A stretch of DNA of 64,000 nucleotides, from positions 136,203-200,202 of the forward strand of contig JBPOIT010000009.1 of NCBI GenBank assembly GCA_052034235.1, given 5' to 3'. The notes under the pieces are model-generated. The model searched no databases, was not told where the DNA came from, and was given only the letters and a program-made list of their open reading frames with translations. This DNA comes from Candidatus Levyibacteriota bacterium (lineage in GTDB: Bacteria; Patescibacteriota; Microgenomatia; Levybacterales; UBA12049). A program made the position numbers and the translations under genes. Positions 59,463-64,000 of this stretch are shown here, one piece after another (within the stretch, counting starts at the first letter, position 1; each line of letters begins with the position of its first letter).

Positions 59463-59580
59463 ATCTCAAATCTTAGATCTCAAATGGCAAGAATATACTG
59501 ATCGCAAATATAAGTTAACTGGAAATAGGATTTAAGATTTGCGCAGGTGAGTTTGCCCATTAAGACTTAGGATTTGAGTT
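59463..59580. repeat. Heptamer-periodic inverted-repeat element (ATCTCAA)n...(TTGAGAT-like)n
   Basis: ATCTCAA ATCTTAG ATCTCAA ... TTAAGAC TTAGGAT TTGAG between rpoA and rplQ. Confidence 0.65.
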
Positions 59581-59585
59581 TTTTT

Positions 59586-60125
59586 ATGAAAAAAAATGTT
59601 TTTGGAAGACAATTTAAAAGAGATGCAAATGAGCGCAAAGCGCTTTTTAAAAACTTGCTGACTTCTTTAGTCATGGAAGAGCGCATTCAAACAACTGAAG
59701 CGAAAGCGAAGGCTATTAAAGCTGCAGCTGACAAATTAGTAACCCGCGCAAAAAAAGGTGGAGCAAGTGCAGAGCGTTTTCTTTCACCAGATGTCAATCA
59801 CAATGCGGTTGTTAAGCTGATAAAAGATATTGCCCCTCGCTTTGAAGGTCGTCAAGGTGGTTACACCAGAATTATCAAAGTTAAAAACAGAATTGCAGAT
59901 AATGCGCCACAAGTGCTTATGGAGTGGACAGTTATACCAGAACCTGTTAAGGTAGAACCAAAAGCAAAGAAAGCAGGCAAAGCGGTACCAGCTAAACCAA
60001 AAGCAGCAAAGGCAACCGAAACAGTTGAAGCAGCAGTGGTTGCACCAAAAGAAAAACCAGGAAAAGAACAAGCAACAAAACCAGGAATCTTTAAGAGATT
60101 GGTAACACGACAAAAGAAAGGCTAA
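59586..60125 (+). CDS. rplQ: 50S ribosomal protein L17 with K/A-rich extension
   Basis: TTEAKAK, GGYTRI. Confidence 0.96.
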   Translation: MKKNVFGRQFKRDANERKALFKNLLTSLVMEERIQTTEAKAKAIKAAADKLVTRAKKGGASAERFLSPDVNHNAVVKLIKDIAPRFEGRQGGYTRIIKVKNRIADNAPQVLMEWTVIPEPVKVEPKAKKAGKAVPAKPKAAKATETVEAAVVAPKEKPGKEQATKPGIFKRLVTRQKKG

Positions 60126-60127
60126 TT

Positions 60128-60571
60128 ATGAATCACGCAGCAATGACCCAAACAACAAAAGTATCAGATATCAAGCGCGAATGGCATTTGGTTGATGTCA
60201 AAGATTTGGCAATAGGTCGTGTCAGTTCAAAGATTGCACAACTTTTGATGGGTAAGAGTAAGCCATATTTTGTCCGCAATCTTGATTGTGGTGATTACGT
60301 GGTTATCATCAATGCAAAAGAAGTGAAAGCAACCGGTAACAAAGAAGAACAAAAGAATTATTATCGTCATTCAGGATATCCAGGCGGTTTCAAACAGGAA
60401 ACCCTCAGAGAGCTGAGAGCACGAAAACCTGAAGAAATCATCGTTCATGCAGTAAAGGGCATGTTGCCGCAAAACAAGCTGCGTGATAGAATGCTGAGAC
60501 GGTTATTTGTATTCGCTGGAGAAGAACATAAATATCAGGATAAGTTCAAAAATACAAAAACAAGTGAGTAA
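60128..60571 (+). CDS. rplM: 50S ribosomal protein L13
   Basis: DCGDYV, HSGYPGG, GMLP. Confidence 0.98.
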   Translation: MNHAAMTQTTKVSDIKREWHLVDVKDLAIGRVSSKIAQLLMGKSKPYFVRNLDCGDYVVIINAKEVKATGNKEEQKNYYRHSGYPGGFKQETLRELRARKPEEIIVHAVKGMLPQNKLRDRMLRRLFVFAGEEHKYQDKFKNTKTSE

Positions 60572-60585
60572 TTATAAATAATACT

Positions 60586-61071
60586 ATGGCAGAAGTAGCA
60601 CAACCAAAAACAGCAAATAGTAGAAAGAACGCAAAGCGGGATTATATCTTCGCAGTTGGTCGACGCAAGTCAGCAGTTGCACGTGTCAGACTGCATGAGA
60701 AGGTCAAGGACGGACTCGTTTGGGGCGAATTAACTGTTAAGAAAGGTGATATTCTCGTTAACATGAAACCAATTGCTGATTACTTCCCAAGCGACGTTGA
60801 ACGCCATCTCTACACTGAACCACTTCGAATAACCAACGCTCATCAGCAAAACTATGCATTTACCATCAAAGTAGCTGGTGGAGGTCCTGCAGGTCAGCTT
60901 GATGCGACAATCGCAGGTATTTCAAATGCGCTTAACAAATTAGATCCAGAACAATATCGTTCTATCCTCAAGAAAAAAGGCATGCTTACCAGAGATGCCA
61001 GAGTTCGCCAACGCCGCAAAGTCGGTACAGGTGGTAAATCCAGACGCCAAAAACAATCACCAAAGCGTTAA
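60586..61071 (+). CDS. rpsI: 30S ribosomal protein S9
   Basis: GRRKSAVARV, LTRDAR, QSPKR. Confidence 0.97.
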   Translation: MAEVAQPKTANSRKNAKRDYIFAVGRRKSAVARVRLHEKVKDGLVWGELTVKKGDILVNMKPIADYFPSDVERHLYTEPLRITNAHQQNYAFTIKVAGGGPAGQLDATIAGISNALNKLDPEQYRSILKKKGMLTRDARVRQRRKVGTGGKSRRQKQSPKR

Positions 61072-61108
61072 TCGTACGTCTCATCTTTGTTGCCCCAAAG
61101 TACTCAGC

Positions 61109-61663
61109 ATGAACTTCGAATTAAAATTTCATTCAGAACTACTTCCAGGAGAAAAGTTTCTTTGGACAGGCCAACCCGACCCAAATATCTTTTTTACAAA
61201 AGGTGATATTTTTCTTATTCCATTTAGTCTTCTCTGGGGTGGATCGTTTATCTCAACGCTTGGTTCTTCGTTCCCAATGAATGGCGAATTTTCTATTTTT
61301 AGTCTTGTCTCAGTGGTGTTTAGCGTTGTAGGCGCGTATATGATTTTTGGAAGATTTATATATAAGTATCTGAAAAAAAAGAATACGTATTATGCAGTAA
61401 CCAGTGAGCGAGTGCTAATTCTTACTGAATTATTTGGAAGAAGTGTGCTAGCAATCAATGCGAAGTCACTTTCAGCTATTAACAAAACTGGAAATGGCAA
61501 TGGCATAGGTTCAATACTTTTTGGAGAACAGAACCAACAATCTTCAATGACAGGCAATATGGGCATGGACCTATTAGGATATGCTAATTCGCAAGCATTT
61601 TTTGATATTCACAATGTTGATGATGTGTATGGAAAGATAAACCGCTTAAAGAATGCAATCTGA
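61109..61663 (+). CDS. Membrane protein with bacterial PH-like domain
   Basis: LLPGE..LW.GQP, two TM segments, T.YAVTSERV. Confidence 0.7.
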   Translation: MNFELKFHSELLPGEKFLWTGQPDPNIFFTKGDIFLIPFSLLWGGSFISTLGSSFPMNGEFSIFSLVSVVFSVVGAYMIFGRFIYKYLKKKNTYYAVTSERVLILTELFGRSVLAINAKSLSAINKTGNGNGIGSILFGEQNQQSSMTGNMGMDLLGYANSQAFFDIHNVDDVYGKINRLKNAI

Positions 61664-61690
61664 TGCAAACAACTTTCCTCTGATTTTCAC

Positions 61691-62332
61691 TTATATCTCT
61701 ATGGCGTTTCCTGTTTCGAGGGGGTGGAAGATTATTTGGTTTTTGGTGAAGAAATCCTCAAGCCTGATGTAGAGGGCTTTTCTTACTTCGTCTTTTAACA
61801 TCCAGTCGTGAATTGGGATAATTTCCTTTGGTTTCAGCCTGAGTGCAAGTTCGACTGCTTCTCGTGTATTTCCCCAAGGAGCTTGTATCGGGAGTGCAAG
61901 AACATCCGTTGCGGTTTCAAAATGATGAGAATCTCCAGGATGTGTGAGTTTATTAAAAACCTGAAAAACGATATTCTGAGGAGTCGCTTTGTCCCACAAT
62001 TTTTCATGGCCAACTTCTTCAAATTGAATTCTCAAATCCGCAGGCAGACTTGAAAGGTCAGTATGAACGCGTATGTGTTTTTCTCTGAGAATCTCCGAAA
62101 CAGATGGATTGCTGATTATTTGAACTTGTGGGAATTTTTCAATCAGTTCCTGAATAAAGGGAAGAGACATATGATCAGGATGTTCGTGAGTGATGAGAAT
62201 ATAGTCAAGTTTGGCAATAGAATCAGTGGTAAGGGCATTCTCCTGATAGGTGTAGATACCTGGGTCGATAAGAACGGTTGTTTGTAGTTCTTTGACTAAA
62301 AGGCAGGAATGGAGGTGTTTGGATACAATCAT
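61691..62332 (-). CDS. MBL-fold metallo-hydrolase
   Basis: HSCL, IDPG, THEHPDH, HPGD, PIHD. Confidence 0.9.
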   Translation of the reverse strand: MIVSKHLHSCLLVKELQTTVLIDPGIYTYQENALTTDSIAKLDYILITHEHPDHMSLPFIQELIEKFPQVQIISNPSVSEILREKHIRVHTDLSSLPADLRIQFEEVGHEKLWDKATPQNIVFQVFNKLTHPGDSHHFETATDVLALPIQAPWGNTREAVELALRLKPKEIIPIHDWMLKDEVRKALYIRLEDFFTKNQIIFHPLETGNAIEI

Positions 62333-62338
62333 TTCGGA

Positions 62339-63514
62339 TTAACTTTTTTTAGAAGCAGCACTCGTTTTACTGACAAGTTTTTGTCCTGAGGTAAGATGTA
62401 CCAGTCCATAGAGAAGTGCTCCTGTTGAAACACAAAATGCGATTGCAACAGCGATCCAGCCAAGAATTGGCACCAGCATGACGATAAAGACGATGATTGG
62501 ACCGATAACGCCTGCTTTCCAATCAAGTGTGTAGGTCCTGTTATAACGGCTTTCCCACCAGCGCATAACGAACCATCCAACAAAAATTTTGGTTAGGTAA
62601 ATACTCGCAAGCAGCAGTAATCCGTACATGAGCCAAGCCGCAACACCGAGCCAGATAAGGATGAAAAGAATCATTGCAACGATAGGAAAGAGCATAATAA
62701 AGCCGAAACCGATCGCACCGCTTTCAACAGGTTTTTCTTTCATGCGGGAGAAGACAAACATGAGTGCCCGTCCCAGGAAGTAAATCAGCAGGATGCTTAT
62801 GATAATATCCGCTATAAGTTTATAAATTGAACCACCTGTTATGAGTTGGTCTTTGTTGGCCTCATGTCTTTCTGACTTTTCAATCGGGGTATAATTGGTA
62901 CTGCCTTGTACAACAGCACTATTTGCGATTTGTGCTTTCTCTTCAGATTTATAAGAAAGGTTGCCTTTAATTCTCGCATTTGGTCCGAGGGTGAGTTTCT
63001 CTACCTCTCCTTCAACATTGCCGTCGATAGCGCTATTGAGGGTGACATCTCCACCATAAATCACAACTTTTCCTTTGACAGGTGCTTCAAGTGTGAGTTT
63101 GCCGCCTGCAAAAATAAGATCCTGACCGATACTGGCATTATTTGAAACTGTGATCGTACCTCCTGCAACAATGAGATCTCGGGTTATCTTACTGTCAATT
63201 CTGATATTGCCGCCCGCAGTTCTCACCGTATTTCCAATTGTTCCACCTAAGGTTATATCTCCGCCGCCAGCCATCACACTTCCCGAAACATCTTCATCAA
63301 GGGTTATGTCTCCGCCGCCGAGGACTACGTCATTTTGAATAGGAGCGTTAACTTTGATATTGCCTCCAAAGAGATACATATCTTTAAGGTTGGGAGTTCC
63401 TTCGGTGATAATGACATCTTCGCCTGTTCTGAAGTCAGCTGCAAAAACAGACTGAAACCCGGCGGAGCCGAGAAAAACGAGGCAGCTGAGAATGAGTACT
63501 GTCAGCTTTTTCAT
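62339..63514 (-). CDS. Beta-helix (bactofilin-like repeat) protein with C-terminal TM domain
   Basis: Signal peptide; repeated GG.I.L...V.G units; 4-5 TM segments. Confidence 0.75.
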   Translation of the reverse strand: MKKLTVLILSCLVFLGSAGFQSVFAADFRTGEDVIITEGTPNLKDMYLFGGNIKVNAPIQNDVVLGGGDITLDEDVSGSVMAGGGDITLGGTIGNTVRTAGGNIRIDSKITRDLIVAGGTITVSNNASIGQDLIFAGGKLTLEAPVKGKVVIYGGDVTLNSAIDGNVEGEVEKLTLGPNARIKGNLSYKSEEKAQIANSAVVQGSTNYTPIEKSERHEANKDQLITGGSIYKLIADIIISILLIYFLGRALMFVFSRMKEKPVESGAIGFGFIMLFPIVAMILFILIWLGVAAWLMYGLLLLASIYLTKIFVGWFVMRWWESRYNRTYTLDWKAGVIGPIIVFIVMLVPILGWIAVAIAFCVSTGALLYGLVHLTSGQKLVSKTSAASKKS

Positions 63515-63556
63515 AAACTTATTGTATACCTTATCCTACTTAAAATGCAAAAGCTT

Positions 63557-64000
63557 TTATAACGCCAACAATTTTTCATGCGTCTTTCCAATGCGAGAAA
63601 GTTCTTTTGTAATTTCCTCAGGTTGGAGTTTGGAAAGATCAATGCCTTCTGCAAGTCTCAAGACAAGAAGACCTTGGATAATCTCTTGTGCGCGGAGGGC
63701 TTCTTTCTTCCATAGATTTGCAACTGCGTAGGTGATCGGCTGCAGGGGATGATGACTGTAGGTTAGGACGATGCGAGCGAGAAAAAAGTTTGACTGGACA
63801 ACAACATCAGTCATTTCTTCAAGGAGAATCGTTGTGACGGTTTCTGACGCAAAAAAGTTTTTATCGATAATTGTTATTTTGTTTGCATCAATTGTTATAA
63901 CGCTTGGGAAAAAGTCGAAAGGAAAAACAGCTGTCAGTTTTATAAGGAGATTGTTCGATCGTAAAACAATTTCATCTACTTTTTGAGCAGCATTATCTTT
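63557..64000 (-). CDS. 3' part of a hypothetical (PH-like) protein, truncated by window edge
   Basis: Frame stays open to the window end: ...AVFPFDFFPSVITIDANKITII... Confidence 0.6.
   Translation of the reverse strand, partial: KDNAAQKVDEIVLRSNNLLIKLTAVFPFDFFPSVITIDANKITIIDKNFFASETVTTILLEEMTDVVVQSNFFLARIVLTYSHHPLQPITYAVANLWKKEALRAQEIIQGLLVLRLAEGIDLSKLQPEEITKELSRIGKTHEKLLAL

Noticed and set aside
37279-60113. Numerous antisense and alternate-frame ORFs over translation genes (for example 44855-45454, 57394-57816)
   Set aside because: Shadow ORFs of conserved genes with biased codon use; no motifs.
1-64000. Stop-codon reassignment (code 25)
   Set aside because: Conserved genes are full length under code 11 and TGA ends several ORFs at expected positions.

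Overview
The window most likely comes from a CPR/Patescibacteria (Microgenomates-like) chromosome. This is inferred from the spc operon lacking rpmD/L30, the near absence of Shine-Dalgarno motifs, many apparently leaderless genes and a GT-C-rich surface-glycosylation region. It has three parts. (1) 193-11060: smpB and a tmRNA with a long 34-aa tag. A 7.25-kb large-serine-recombinase element sits in the tmRNA 3' end. The crossover core (TCCAC) lies inside the recombinase ORF, so excision would swap the enzyme's C-terminal tail and restore the tmRNA's CCA and terminator. Two further homologous att/tail sites (ending 9668 and 11029) each close a ~1.3-kb single-gene segment, giving a cassette-like array. 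Cargo includes a TIGR04255-like/unknown/PemK-like triad and a Panacea(SocA/YwgA)-like + proteasome-beta-like pair, both candidate defence or toxin-antitoxin systems. (2) 11088-37100: eight GT-C-type membrane glycosyltransferases, an LCP protein, an epimerase, an FAD oxidoreductase, pcrA, tpiA and pilN/pilO. (3) 37200-61071: fusA, tuf and the S10-spc-alpha ribosomal superoperon with structured intergenic elements, then a few accessory genes. All family calls come from reading motifs by eye; no searches were run.
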